Positions 26,093 through 40,017 of a DNA stretch of 64,000 nt are shown here, in pieces. Below the pieces are notes generated by a model. It was not told where the DNA came from. It saw nothing but the letters and a program-made list of their open reading frames with translations, and did not search any database. Origin of the DNA: Octopus sinensis (Eukaryota); contig NC_043011.1 in the NCBI RefSeq assembly GCF_006345805.1, positions 47,814,464 to 47,878,463 on the forward strand. Reading direction: 5' to 3'. Within the stretch, counting starts at the first letter, position 1. The number at the start of each line of letters is the position of its first letter. The translations under genes were made by a program, and so were the position numbers.

Positions 26093-26711
26093 TGTACCTA
26101 AAACCTCATTTCTTAAATATAGAGTTTTAAGATCCCTAGCAGTAATAGACATCTTCTGTTACCTAGGTGAGCTAATTATCGGTGGAGGAAGATGTTCTGA
26201 GAGTATAGTTTCTAGAACAAGAACAAGCTGGAGGAAGTTTAGAGACTGATTGTTCCTGTTGTTAATGAAGTGTCTTGCACAGAAACACAACACACTGCCC
26301 GGTCCAGGAATCAAACTCACTATCCCGTGATTGTAAGCCTGACACTCTAACCACTGATCTAACAAATGATTGTTCCTGTTTTACTCATTCAGAGTAAAAG
26401 AAATGGAGATAGCATGCATTGTTTGATGCACAATGTGAGTCAAATTGGTGAAGGACTATGACAAAAGCTTAGTGTACCTTTTCATCTCATGTCAGATTTG
26501 AATCTCATATTAATACAGTTGGTACATATGAACTACCAAAATCAACAGAGAGGCCATTTGATGGGAAAGTAATGACACAAGTTAGGGGTATCTCTACAGA
26601 TTATTATAAAGCATTTAATATACTTTGTAGAATATTAGGGTTGCATAACAAAATACAGTGTCCCTCTCAGTAATCGATAAGTAAAGACGTAATACTGTCT
26701 TTCATAGCTTC

Positions 26712-26852
26712 TATTTATTTCTTTATTGCCTACAGGGGGTTAAACATAGAGGAGACAAACAAAGACAGACAAAGGGATTGAATCGATTACATCGACCGCA
26801 GTGCATAACTGGTACTTATTTAATCGACCCCGAAAGGATGAAAGGCAAAGTT
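26712..26852 (-). mobile_element. Truncated SINE B
   Basis: Family core and tail. Confidence 0.8.
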
Positions 26853-27712
26853 CCTTTCATTGTTCCTATGCCGTATGCAAGTATTGGGGTGATAAGGGCA
26901 GTGGGTAACATTCAGCCCAGAGTATTAGTATTTTACATAAGGTGGGTAGAATTTGAAATAAAAGTTAGTAGGATTTGAACTCATTCATATGCTCACTTAC
27001 AATGAGTCACACATGTACGTACATGGAAATGCACTAGCACACACAAATGTACTTCGACACACACACACACACACATCTCTGCAGATGCATAAAGTGTTCA
27101 TAGACACTTTTGCACGTACAGACGCACCTACTTGAACACAGGCTGTCACGCATGCACACACACAAACACACACACACACACATACATACACGCTTGTGTG
27201 AACATATTTGTGTACATACACACATATATACACACTTGCAATTACTTTCTTGCTTGTCCACACAAAACACTCTCTCACACGCATGCACATGCATGCACAC
27301 ACACAACACACACACACATACTCACTTGCACACACACACACATACACACACAAATATACACACACACATGCTCACTTGCACATACACGCACACACACACA
27401 ATTGCACTTACACACTTTCACACTCAAAAACACTTGTACCTTCACATACATGCACTCAAACCCACTCACACCTACTCACACCCACACACACTTGTGTGCA
27501 CACATGCACGCACACACCCACACATGCACGCACACACCCACACATGCACACATTCTATTTTTCACTCACTCACACTGATTTAAATACAGAGAGAGAGAGA
27601 GAGAGAGAGGCGGGAGAGAGAGAAATGGAAAAGAGGGAGAAAAAGGGAGCTAGGATGAAAGAATGGTGTGATTTCCATAAAAGATGTTATAATAGAAGTG
27701 ATGGATGAAGAT

Positions 27713-27810
27713 TCATGTAATCTCCATGAATCCTTTGTCTTCAGAATTATTCCTTATTTCTTTACGAAGACATAAATAAACAGACCAACCATAAAAGATC
27801 CATTCTCTCT
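27713..27810 (-). CDS. Candidate terminal exon (E)REWIFYGWSVYLCLRKEIRNNSEDKGFMEIT*
   Basis: Acceptor gtgtttttacag; phase 1 is open for 32 codons versus 18 and about 15 in the other phases. Confidence 0.35.
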
Positions 27811-27935
27811 CTGTAAAAACACTTCAATAAAGTTGTCAAATATATTTGTAGTCCGTTCAATAACAGTTATTAAATATCTCTCTCATTAGTTTATTTAGAA
27901 TGGAAATGAATAAAAGCAGTGAGGTATGAGAACTC

Positions 27936-27967
<32 letters not shown>

Positions 27968-28300
27968 GTGTGTATATGTATATGTGTATGTATGTGTGTG
28001 TATATGTGTATGTGTGTGTCCCCACTAGAATGTGGGTGTGTGTGTCAGTGTATATATGTCTGTGTATTTATGTATGTATGTGAGTATATATATATGTGTA
28101 TGTGTGTGTGTATATGTGTGTATGTGTGTGTCCCCCACTAGATTGTGGGTATGTGTGTCAGTGCATATATATCGATGTATTTATGTGCGAGTGCTTATGT
28201 GTGTGTATATGCTTTTGTAGAAGTGCATATATGTCTATTTGTATGTATCTATATGTATATCTATAGATGTGTAGAATTTTTGTGTGCATATATATATATA

Positions 28301-28342
<42 letters not shown>

Positions 28343-28347
28343 CGCGT

Positions 28348-28378
<31 letters not shown>

Positions 28379-28397
28379 CATGCGCGTGTGTATGTGC

Positions 28398-28430
<33 letters not shown>

Positions 28431-29480
28431 TGTTTTGTGTGGTATTCTATATTTGCATAGATTACATACAGAAAATACGCAAATGGAAAAATATTCATAC
28501 ACACATATATACATACACACATCTATGGGAGCACATTCAAACTTGTCACATATGCAGACATACATACATATATATACATATATATATATATATATGCATG
28601 TGTGCACATGCATACACATACACAAAGACATGCACACACACACACTCACGCACGTATATATGAACACATATTATATTGAATTAAATACTTCAAGAGTAAC
28701 ATAACAAATATATAAATATACAGAAGAAAGTCAAGAACATGTGTGTATTTAAATGGAATTATTTGAATTAAGAGATGGTGAAAGATATTTATTGAAATGA
28801 AAATTGCTTTTTATTGACTGTTAAATGAATATACAAAATAAAACTGCGAAATAAATATGAAATATATTGCTAACTGAAAATAAACAAGGGATATGTTGCT
28901 AACTGTGAAATAAATTGAGGTACGGGTGCTAACTCATATAAAGATGGAAATGTATTGATATGCGTGAAACATGGGGTTAAGGGAAAAATAATCTCGAAAT
29001 AAGGTACAGATCATGGAATAAATGTATGGTATTAACTCGGAAACAAACAGGAAATATGGGTCTGATGGTAAAAAAAAATAGATGTGAAGTATATTGCTTA
29101 CAGAAATATGAGTTGAAATATGATGCTAACTGTGGAACGAATATGGAATATGGTGCCCTCTAGGAAATAGACATAAAATGTGATAGCATGTAGGTGTAGA
29201 TATGTCTGTGTGGTGAGAAGTTTACTTGGGTTTAGTCCCTCTGTTATGGCACCTGGGCAAGTATCTTCTGCTATAGTCCCAGGCCAACCAAAAGCCTTGT
29301 GAATGGATCTGGTAGATGGAAACAGAAACAGGCTCTAATTTACATTATTTACATTTGACGGATATTTGTCCTCATCTTGTTTGTTGTTAACACAATGTTT
29401 TGGCTGATACGCCCTCCAGCCTTCATCAAATTTCGAACCTGGGTTCTTATTCCTAAAGTATTTTTCTATGTAATTATTAC

Positions 29481-29521
<41 letters not shown>

Positions 29522-29790
29522 TATTATTATTATCATTATTTTGTTTTTTTTCTTCTTTCTTCAAATTTTCTTATATTACCCGCTGAGTGTTATCCATACA
29601 CCTAGAGCAGAGAAGCTCATTGTATGCATTCCCAGATTACACACGCAAATTCACAGGTAAAATATGTATTTAAAAAATTAATAAATAAATAAATTTATGA
29701 ATGGATGGTGTTTTCACAGCGATAATGCTCTTCTCAGTACATGAGTCATACCAGTTAACACGATTTTTATTATTATTATTATAATTATTA

Positions 29791-29840
<50 letters not shown>

Positions 29841-30399
29841 GTTATTATTGTTATTTTTATTGTTATTATTATTATTATTATTATTAAGGTCACTGCCTGG
29901 AATCGAACTCTGAATCTTGGGGCTAGTAGCCTGTGCTTTTAACCACCACACCATATGCCTGTGGCATATTGTATAACTAGGCTCATATAGATAGGCTCAT
30001 TGTATAACTCAACCAACCATTGCACTGGGAAACAGGGACAAACATCTCTCTGATAAATATTCATTAATATTGCCTGAAGAAATGAAGCCATAAATGAAGA
30101 TAATAAACCTGATACCTGTGGATACTACAGACTACACTGTAATCATACCAGAAACACAAACTGTAATCTTAAGTGTCTGGTGATTTTTGGAAACTCATAA
30201 AGTGATGCATTAAATGTTTATAGATTCCATCCAAATATTATTGTTATTATCACTATATCTGTGTGTGTGTGTGTGTGTGTGTGATAAGCTTCAATTTCTG
30301 TCTACCTTACATACATACATACATACATATACCTACATATACATAAACATGTATAAATACAACTATATATATATAAAGATACATAGATAGATAGATAGT

Positions 30400-30568
30400 T
30401 ATATGACAGGCTTCTTTCAGTTTCCATCTACCAAATCCATTCACAAGGCATTGGTCGGCCCGAGGGCTATAGTAGAAGATACTTGCCCAAGGTGCCACAC
30501 AGTGGGACTGAACCCAGAACCATGTGGTTCGTAAGCAAGCTACTTAACACACAGCCACTCCTACGCCT
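30400..30568 (-). mobile_element. SINE A, 5' half
   Basis: Family head. Confidence 0.85.
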
Positions 30569-30576
30569 GTATATAT

Positions 30577-30823
30577 AAACAAACTTTGGGTTAGTTAAAA
30601 TACGTTTCTGACATATTTTAACTTCTAAAGACAAATTCACTGCTGCTACCACGAAGTAAAATTTCTCTCTTATGTTAAAAGTTGTAAAAACTGGACAGGT
30701 AACGTGTTTTTGTATCTTTTATCATAAGAGAGAATTTTTTTTTTCTCCACAGTAACAGCAGAGAATTTGCCTTTAGAAGTTGAAATGTGTCACAAACATA
30801 TTTTAACTAACCTAAACTTTGTT
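30577..30823. mobile_element. Fold-back MITE with about 75 bp imperfect TIRs
   Basis: ggttagttaaaata...acttctaaag pairs with ctttagaagt...ttttaactaacc; partial copy at 40470-40630. Confidence 0.7.
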
Positions 30824-31042
30824 TTGCTAACCATGGCTTGGCACAGATGCTGTTATATGTCTGTATGTACGTGTGTATGTGTTTGTGTTTGCGTGTGAGT
30901 GTGTGGTTGTGTGTGAATGTGTGTGGTTGTGTGTGAATGTGTGTGGTTGTGTTTCTCCTCTTCCACTGTTTAACAACTGGTGCTGGTTTGCATATGTCGC
31001 TGTAAGTCAGCACCTCAGTATAAGAAACCGAAAGAATAAGAA

Positions 31043-31277
31043 CCTATTTCTTTACTACCCACAAGGAGCTAAACATAGAGGGGACAAACAAGGACAGAGA
31101 AACAGATTAAGTCATTACATCGACCCCAGTGCATAACTGGTCCTTAATTTATCGACCTCGAAAGGATGAAAGGCAAAGTCGACCTCGGCAGAATTTGAAC
31201 TCAGAACGCAAAGGCAGACGAAATACTGCTAAGCATTTCACCCCACTTGCTAACATTTCTGCCAGCTCGCTGCCTTA
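31043..31277 (-). mobile_element. SINE B inserted in an older SINE A tail
   Basis: Flanked by an aaagaataag duplication. Confidence 0.8.
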
Positions 31278-31547
31278 AAAGAATAAGTACCAGGTTTAAA
31301 AAAATAGAACTGGGGTTGATACATTCAGTTAAAACCCTTCAAGGCAGTGCTCCAGCATGACCACAATCCTGTGGCTGAACCAAGTAAAAGATGAATGATA
31401 AGTAATAAGAGATGTAAATGATGAAATAAACAGGAAATAATCACGAGCTATGGTACTTTAGAGTTACTATAACATGTACACTTACACATGTTTCATGCTT
31501 AGTTGATTATCAACAGTTATTACGCAATGACATTATATATAAGACAG

Positions 31548-31945
31548 CGTGTGGTAAGTAGCTTGCTTACCAACCACATGGTTCCGGGTTCAGTCCCACT
31601 GTGTGGCACCTTGAGCAAGCGTCTTCTACTATAGCCTCAGGCCGACCAGAGCCTTGAGTGGATTTGGTAGACGGAAACTGAAAGAAGCCCGTCGTATATG
31701 AGTGTGTGTATATATATATATATATATGTGTACGTGTGTGTATATGTTTGTGTGTCTGTGTTTGTCCTCCCAACTTCACTTGACAACCAATGCTGGTGTG
31801 TTTACGTCCCTGTAACCAACGCTTCGGCAAAAAAGACCGATAGAATAAGTACTAGGCTTACAAAGAATAAGTCCTGGGGTCAATTTGCTCAACTAAAGTT
31901 GGTGCTCCAGCATGGCCACTGTCAAAGGACTGAAACAAGTAAAAG
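31548..31945 (+). mobile_element. SINE A
   Basis: Family consensus. Confidence 0.85.
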
Positions 31946-32079
31946 GGTATATCATATATTTACACACATTTACTCTTTTACATAGGTCACCCCCAACAGT
32001 TCCCAAATTTTGAAGTGATGTGGAGAATATGCTTGCTTGATGGGGCCGGGGTCATCTCAACTTAATGGTCCTAGAAATG

Positions 32080-32520
32080 TAATCGTGCATGGAGTTGACC
32101 AGGTCAACCAGTGCTTTCCATCACCGGCAACCTCATGCCAGCCTCTCTGCTGCATCTTCCAAGGTGATGATGAGCCTCTGGAGATTTTCTCAATAACATC
32201 AAGGCATCTGGTGCAAGTCCTGCCACAAAGCCTTCAGCTGCTGTCTTCTTCTTCCAATCAAGACTCACGCCATTAGCCACAAAGCATAATCTCTAATTCG
32301 AGCCTATTCTAAGCTACTAAGAATGCACGTGGCAACTTGAAGATCCACTCACCACATGCAATAGACTGGTGGTTGCACGGGTGTGAAAGCTACGTTGTTA
32401 TCCTCATTCTGTAAATGGTGGCTTTTAATGGGTGGAGAGCTGAACCATCCTCAAGTACAGAGGATTTGCAATCTAGACTAGGGTATGAAAATTTACCACA
32501 CCATAGTGGGTTACACCATA
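32080..32520 (-). mobile_element. Decayed RTE-like LINE 3' fragment
   Basis: Frameshifted RPCGRTCTRCLDVI...LEDAAERLA...WKALVDLV resembles an RTE C-terminus. Confidence 0.45.
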
Positions 32521-32539
32521 GTTCCTTTGCTTTGTGGCA

Positions 32540-32730
32540 GAAGTAGGAAGAAAGAGTGAGAAAAGTTGTGGTGAAAAAGTACAGCGGGGTTCACCTCCCA
32601 CCCCCACTAGAACCTTGTGGAGCTTAGGTGTTTTTGTTCAATAAACACTCACAATGCCTGGTCTAGGAATTGAAACCGCGTTTTTACGACCATGAGTCCG
32701 CTGCCCTAACCACTGGGCCATTGCACCTCC
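32540..32730 (-). mobile_element. SINE C
   Basis: tRNA-like head, reversed. Confidence 0.8.
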
Positions 32731-33058
32731 ACTGCAGCTGCTGTTTTGAATGAGAGTAAAGTCCTGGTCGAATGATCTAGTAGGAAAGAGAGGACATGTT
32801 TCGTACCAGTGGAGAACAAAACTGATATAATTAAACACAGTACTTGGTTTTCATCGAGGAGCAAAGATTAAGATGACATAGGTGAAACTTGATAAAAGGA
32901 AGTCAAAGGCTGTAAGTAAATAAATATAACAAGATATTTGGTTTCATGCACCATTAATTTCTTCTGGCAGAAGGCCATACAGGTTAGTAGCATTGAAAAA
33001 GGTGATGACAAGCTGGGATTTATTTTATCTAAAATCATTGAATATTAATGAGTAAATG

Positions 33059-33895
33059 AAGGCAGCAAGCTGGCAGAATCGTTAGCACGCCGGGTGAAAT
33101 GCTTAGCAGTATTTCCTCTGCCTTTATGTTCTGGGTTCAAATTGCGCCGAGGTCGACTTCACCTTTCATCCTCAGGGTCGATTAAATAAGTACCAGTTAT
33201 GCACTGGAGTCGATATAATCGACTAATCCATTTGTCTGTCCTTGTTTGTCCCCTCTGTGTTTAGCCCCTTGTGGGTAGTAAAGAAATAGGTATTTCGTCT
33301 GCCTCTACATTCTGAATTCAAATTGCGCCGAGGTCGATTTTGCCTTTCATCTTTTCGGGGTCGATTAAATATGTATCAGTTACGCACTGGGGTCGATGTA
33401 ATCGACTTAATCCCTTTGTCTGTCCTTGTTTGTCCCCTCTGTGTGTAACCCCTTGTGGGCAGTAAAGAAATAAGAATTGTGAGCACATTGGGTGAGATGC
33501 TTAGAGGCATATTGTCTGTCTTTACACACTGAATTCAATTTCCACTGAGGTTGACTTAGTCTTTGCTCCTTTTGGGGTTGGTGAAATAAGCACCAGATGA
33601 GCCCTGGGGTTGATATAATCAACATACTCCTTCCCCTGAAATTACTGGCCTTGTGCCAAAATGGGAAACTAATAGATGAAGCAGTGAGCTGGCAGAATCA
33701 TCAGCCCATGTGACAAAATGCTTAGTGGCATTGTATTTTGTCGATGTCTATATGTTCTGAGTTCAAATGCCAGTAGGGTCGACTTTACCTTACATCCTTT
33801 CAGGGTTGATAAAATAGGTACCAGTAGAATATTGGGGTCAATGTAATTGACTTACCCCTCCTCTAAAATTACTGGCCTAGTGCCAAAATGTGATA
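33059..33895 (+). mobile_element. Cluster of SINE B copies (a dimer plus two older variants)
   Basis: Four family cores in the same orientation. Confidence 0.8.
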
Positions 33896-33911
33896 TCAAA
33901 ATATAAGACAG

Positions 33912-34225
33912 CATGTGGTAAGAGACTTCTACTATAGCCCCGGGCCAACCAAAGCCTTGTGAGTGGATTTTAGTAGACGGAAACTGAAAGAAGCCCGTCG
34001 TATATATGTATATATATGCGTGTGTGTGTGTGTACGTTTGTGCATCTGTGACAACCGATGCTGGTGTGCTTACATCCCCATAACTTAGCAGTTCGGCAAA
34101 AGAGACCGATAGAATAAGTACTAGGCTTACAAAGAATAAGTCCTGGGGTCGATTTGCTCGACTAAAGGCGGTGCTCCAGCATGGCTGCAGTCAAATGACT
34201 GAAACAAGTAAAAGAGTAAAAGAGT
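33912..34225 (+). mobile_element. SINE A (internally deleted)
   Basis: Family consensus. Confidence 0.85.
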
Positions 34226-34570
34226 AATCCTTCACCATTAATAAAATTGGAATCAGTAAATTTTTTTTATCAGGGTCGATGGTGACTGATTTAGATGCTT
34301 ATAACTAATGGTATTCTTGGCAAATGGTTCAACCCCTGTGTTGATTGATACACAGGTCATTAATATGAGAGCCATAAACGAAGGTCGTTTCACTTGAAGA
34401 TATCAATTAATCCCTGACATCATAGAATTATTTGTAGCATCAAAGATTTTACAGGAAGGTTAAAAAATAAAAAAAGAAACAAAAAAAAAATAGGGGGCTG
34501 CAATTCATTTCCATTAAACAATATCCAAGAAGAATCATATAAAGGATTAGAATATATGAAATTTATAACT

Positions 34571-34650
34571 TCATAAAATAACGTTCCAACCGCTGCTGCC
34601 GTTATTGCCGCCATCATCGCCACCAGCCTCACGACTGCTGTCACGAAGAT
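34571..34650 (-). CDS. Candidate terminal exon (D)LRDSSREAGGDDGGNNGSSGWNVIL*
   Basis: GC/CpG-rich island immediately after the first AG of an AG-free zone of about 130 nt. Confidence 0.4.
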
Positions 34651-35889
34651 CTTCACAACAGATACAGACATGGTAAATGTATATATTTGTATGTAGCATA
34701 TGTGTGTCCATGTGTGTTTGTGTATGTGGAAGTGAGAGTGTTTGTGTGTTTGCAAAGTTTAGTAGTTTAGATAAAGTGACTGCCCCTCCTCCCCTACCCG
34801 CCTACCTTTCTTCCTCATCTCAAAAAGACTAAAATAACAAACAGAAAACTTCAAAAATATCTGTCAAAAACAAACAAACAAAAACAAAATACAAAATATG
34901 ACCATAATTTAATTATCACAGGAACTGATATTTTAATGAATTTAATTTTGTACAAATTTTAACTAAAATTTGAAATAAAAACTAATTAATTTGCTGTGTT
35001 TATTTTTGGAATTTTTGTTTTGTTGTTGGTTTCGGTTTTCATTAAATTATTTTATTTTGATCGTTATTTTTTTTTTTTTTTTTTCCTTTTGTTGAACAGA
35101 TGTAATTTGTCCAAAAGAAAGTGGAAGGAAAAGATGAAAATAATGTTTTAAGAATAAATAAATTATCATTTTCGTTCTGAAACTAAGTCCCATGATGCTT
35201 TAAGTACTTTTCAATTAGAATTAACTTTGGAAATGTGTCAACTTTAATGCCCAATTAAAGCCAGGGTCGTAATTTATTAGTTTTGAAATCCTGCCTCCGA
35301 TTTAAGAAAGATCATAATAACAATAATAATAATAACGTTGAAAGCTACGACATGATAATGATGATGATGATCATCATAATATTTATTTTTTCCAGCCAGC
35401 ATCAGCTCACTGGTATTTTGTCAATATGAATTTTCAAGTTTATAAATTTGTGTGCATTCATAGATAAAATTACGAAATGGAAAGCGTAAAAAGACATTCT
35501 AAAATACGATAACATATAATAAAATTAAATAATGGAAACTAAAATACGAAACTTTTAATGTAACTTTTCAACATAAAGCAAAGTTTACGTGAAGAATATT
35601 TCTGATGAATATTAAATCATCAAGTTGTTAATATTAATAACTAGAGGCAAGGAGATAGCAGACCAAGCTAGAAATGTCAAACCAAATGATTTACACATAA
35701 ATTTACCCACCTGTCCCACCTGTCCCACCTCAAGCTATGCTTCTTTATCATTCCAAGTTCAAAACATTGTGTCGTTATCTGACATTTTATCTCTTCAGGG
35801 ATCCAAATAACAAGTTGATATCAGTAATACACTTGGGTTTGCTCAATTCAATCTACCGCATTCCTTTGCTGATGCTAGCCCCTGTCGAT

Positions 35890-36690
35890 TGCTGCTCGAA
35901 GGACTGACCATTATGTAAACCTACTCAAGGAATTTTGAAGATGCAAGCTGGAAAGCAGAGCATTTTCCAATTGAAGTCAGATGTAGGGGATTCGTTGGAT
36001 ACAGTGTGAGGCAGCTGTTGTTATTGCTAGTCCTACCTCATCTTGTAGGTGTAGGAGTGGCTGTGTGGTAAGTAGCTTGCTTACGAACCACATGGTTCCA
36101 GGTTCAGTCCCACTGTGTGGCACCTTGGGCAAGTATCTTCTACTATAGCCTCAGGCTGACCAAAGCCTTGTGAGTGAATTTGGTAGATGGAAACTGAAAG
36201 AAGCCAGTCGTTTATATCTATATATATATGTGTGTGTGTGAATATGTTTGTGTGTCTGTGTTTGTCCCCCCAACTTCAATTGACAACTGATGCTGGTGTG
36301 TTTACATCCCCATAACTTAGCAGTTTGGCAAAAAAGTCTGATAGGATAAGTACTAGGCTTACAAAGAATAAGTCCTGGGGTCGATTTGCTCGATTAAAGG
36401 CGGTACAGCCACAGTTAAATGACTCAAAGAAGTAAAAGAGTAAAAGAGTAAAGAGTATCTTATATATCCAAAGTACAGTGGAAAAGGCAAGCCACTGGAT
36501 TTGGTTAAAAAGAGACGATGGACAATGGCTAGAAGAATATTGATCTAGCAGGCGGGGACTCATGCAGTGAGGTGGGGCTGGTGCACAATGATGCCATCAA
36601 GAGATAGGCCCTGAGACAGCACATATTCTCTCCTGATGACCCCATAAACTTGCTGGCATCCAGTATGTGGAGCTTCCAAATGTTAGTGCT
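35890..36690 (+). mobile_element. Second HERO-like LINE 3' fragment, split by a SINE A (36046-36452)
   Basis: Homologous to 4000-4430 (gagcattttccaattgaagt; agccactggatttggttaaaaagagacg). Confidence 0.8.
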
Positions 36691-36712
36691 TGCATCTGCG
36701 AGTTGTTTGCGT

Positions 36713-36884
36713 TGGAGTGGCTGTGTGGTAAGTAGCTTGCTTACGAACCACATAGTTCTGGGTTCAGTCCCACTGCATGGCACCTTGGGTAAGTGTCTTT
36801 TACTATAGCCTCGGCGGACCAAAGCCTTATGAGTGGATTTGGTTGACTGAAACCGAAAGAAGCCTGTCATATATATATATATAT

Positions 36885-36949
<65 letters not shown>

Positions 36950-37160
36950 ATATATTTGTGTGTCTATGTTTCTCCCCCCAACATCGCTTGACAACCAATA
37001 CTGGTGTGTTTACGTCCCCGTAACTTAGCAGTTTGGCAAAAGAGACCGATAGAATAAGTACTAGGCTTACAAAGAATAAGTCCTGGGGTCGATTTGCTTG
37101 ACTAAAGGCAATGCTCCATCATGGCCACAGTCAAATGACTGAAACAAGTAAAAGAATAAA
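36713..37160 (+). mobile_element. SINE A
   Basis: Family consensus. Confidence 0.85.
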
Positions 37161-38299
37161 TGAAAAGAAAAAATTGTGCTTTGAAGAATTTAGTTAGGTT
37201 CCTTTACATTCTGAATTTAATCAAATGTTATGATGTCGGGTGTACACGTGAGGTGTAAGAATAGCATTACCCAAATAAATATTTGGATAAGGTTATCTTG
37301 AATAACCTTTCACAAAATTAATATGTTCACACATAACGTAGTTATGATATTAAACTAACACAGTAGCCAATATGCACGATCAATGCTGTCAACTGTAACT
37401 TCTTACCACACAGCCACCCCTATGCTTAAATACTTTTGCAGTGATAAGTTCTGAAGTAGCAACCTTTTGATTCACAGTGTGGTGCCCAATCAGGGAATTC
37501 AGACATAGACAAAAATAGAAATAAAATGCTTAGACATAGACAAAAATAGAAATAAAATGCTTAGATTTAGAATGTTTCCCATCAGTTGAACCCCAAACAC
37601 TTAGACATTTCTCTTGTTCATCTATTAGGAATTGAACTTAGATAAATAATTACAGTTTTAGGATCAACATATGGACTTTTTTCTAAAGATGTGATATTTA
37701 ATCCTATAATTAATGATATATGTATGTATGTATGTATGCATATTTGTGGATGTGTGGGTGTGTAAATATATATGTATGTATGTGCATAATTATGTATATA
37801 TATTGTCAGAAAATTGAGACAATACCAAACCTGGCACTTTTTCAAAAATTCAGTTGGGTCTTTAGAATGACTAAGTCACACTCACCTGTTAATGACACAG
37901 TCCTTTTCTCTGCTTTGATATTTGAAGGCCTCATTTGAATATTTATAAGAGGCAACATAGAATGAGTGGAGTGTCCTTAGGGAACGGAGAGATGGAAATG
38001 GTAAAATGCCAGCCTAACAGACTCAACGTCTGACATTCTGAGATTAATTATCATTATTCAGATGATAATAATCATCATTTTTAGATTATGTATTTGCATT
38101 TATTCTACAAGGTGAATGATTTGATCTCAAGTCATTATCACATATTTGATACCCAAATATGCGTATTTATGTCTGGTTAGCTTTCAATTAGAGAACCCAT
38201 ATATTTAGATAAAGAGCAATGAGCACCCTTGATATCAAGCATCTCGTTCCAAAAAATGTAGACCTGTCCCATGCTGGATTCAGTCTAAGCAGTCAGCAT

Positions 38300-39000
38300 T
38301 TCATCATCATTCAACGTCTACTCTCCATGCTGGCATGGGTTAGATGGTTTGACTGGAGCTGATGAGCTGGAGAGCATAGTTTCTACAGCTGGATGCTCTT
38401 CTTAATGCCAACCACCCCAGGAGTGTAATGGGTGCTTTTATGTGCCACCAGCACAGGTACCATTTAGATGACACCAGCAACGACCATGACTATGATTCAT
38501 GGGTGGGTGCTATTTACAGGACACCGGCAACGACCACAACTACAATTCATGGATGCCATTTGCATGGCACCAGCAATGACCATTCTTCCTTCTCGAGCCA
38601 TGCCTGGCTCATAAGGGCCGGTTTCCCAGTTTCCTTGGCGTATAGGTTCCACACCTGGATGGGACGCCGGTCCGTCACAGGTGAGCTGCAAGATGCAGGA
38701 GGAAAGAGTGAGAGAAAGTTGTGGCGAAAGAGTCAGCAGAAGTTTGCCATTACCTTCTGCCGGAGCCGCGTGGAGGTTAGGTGTTTCGCTCATAAGCACT
38801 CACATTGCCCAGTCTGAGATTCGAACCCGCAATCCCTCGACCGCAAGTCTGCTGCTCAAACCACTAGGCCATGTGCCTCCACACAGCAATGACACCAGCT
38901 ACATGGCACCACCAACAACCACGATTCCCAGGTGCCGATTTCCATGACACCATCAATGACCATGATTACGATGCACAGGTGTCATTCACATGGCACCGGG
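38300..39000 (-). mobile_element. Family D element with degenerate internal repeats of about 40 bp and a nested SINE C variant (38575-38882)
   Basis: Repeated catgacaccagcaacgaccacgactac-like units on both sides of the SINE. Confidence 0.65.
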
Positions 39001-39359
39001 AACAACAATTTTTTAATAACAGGATTTACATGATCAATGTGTGTGAATTGTATCTTTTTCAGTTAGAAGTAAAAGCACAAATCACAGCCAGTCATAAAAT
39101 TCTTATTGGTCAATAATTCAAGTGTTGATGGTTAGAGATTGGAACAATCAATTAATAAGAATTTAATAGCCTGGAAAATTACCATCTGAATATCTATTAA
39201 TATTTACAGTTAAATGGGGAGAATAGACCGGAAGGAGTAAGAATGGTTGTATAGCTAGTAAGTAAGTTTGCTTCCCGGCCATATAGTTCTGCTTTCTGTT
39301 CCATGAGACCCATTCAAGACCTTATGAGTAAATTTGGTTGACAGAAATTGAAAGAAAGT

Positions 39360-39987
39360 AAAGGCGGCAAGCTGGCAGAATCGTTAACATGCCAGGCAAA
39401 ATGCTTAGCAGTATTTCGTCTGCTGGCAGAAACCTATTTCGTCTGCCATTACATTCTGAGTTCAAACTCTACCGAGGTCGATTTTGCCTTTCATCCTTTC
39501 AGGGTCGATAAATTAAGTACCAGTTATGCAATGGGGTCGATATAATCGACTTAATCCATTTGTCTGTCCTTGTTTGTTCCCTCTGTGTGTAGCTCCTTGT
39601 GAGCAATAAAGAAATAGGTATTTCGTCTGCTGTTACGTTCTGAGTTTAAATTCCGCTGAGGTCGACTATGCCTTTCATCCTTTTGGGGTCGAGAAATTAA
39701 GTACCAGTTACACAATGGGGTCGATATAATTGACTTAATCCATTTGTCTGTCCTTGTTTGTCGCCTCTGTGTTGTAGCCCCTTGTGGGCAGTAAAGAAAT
39801 AGGTATTTTGTCTGCTGTTACATTCTGAGTTCAAATTCCGCTGAGGTCAACTTTGCCTTTCATTCTTTCGGGGTCGATAAATTAAGTACCAGTTAGGCAT
39901 TGGAGTCGATGTAATCGACTTAATCCATTTGTCTGTCCTTGTTTGTCCCCTCCGTGTTTAGCCCCTTCTGGGCAATAAAGAAATAAG
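39360..39987 (+). mobile_element. SINE B body trimer
   Basis: One head and three bodies of about 185 bp joined by aaagaaataggtattt. Confidence 0.85.
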
Positions 39988-40017
39988 AAACTGAAAGAAG
40001 CCCTAGGTGTAAATATA

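Noticed and set aside
35221-35294. Possible exon GRISKLINYDPGFNWALKLTHFQS*, resembling LVNYKP at 44338
   Set aside because: It needs a rare GAG acceptor; the adjacent CAG gives only GFQN*.
39079-39100. atcacagccag resembling miR-2
   Set aside because: Only 11 nt match and no precursor hairpin was seen.
39360-39987. CRISPR-like or satellite periodicity
   Set aside because: Whole SINE bodies are repeated, with no unique spacers, and the context is eukaryotic.
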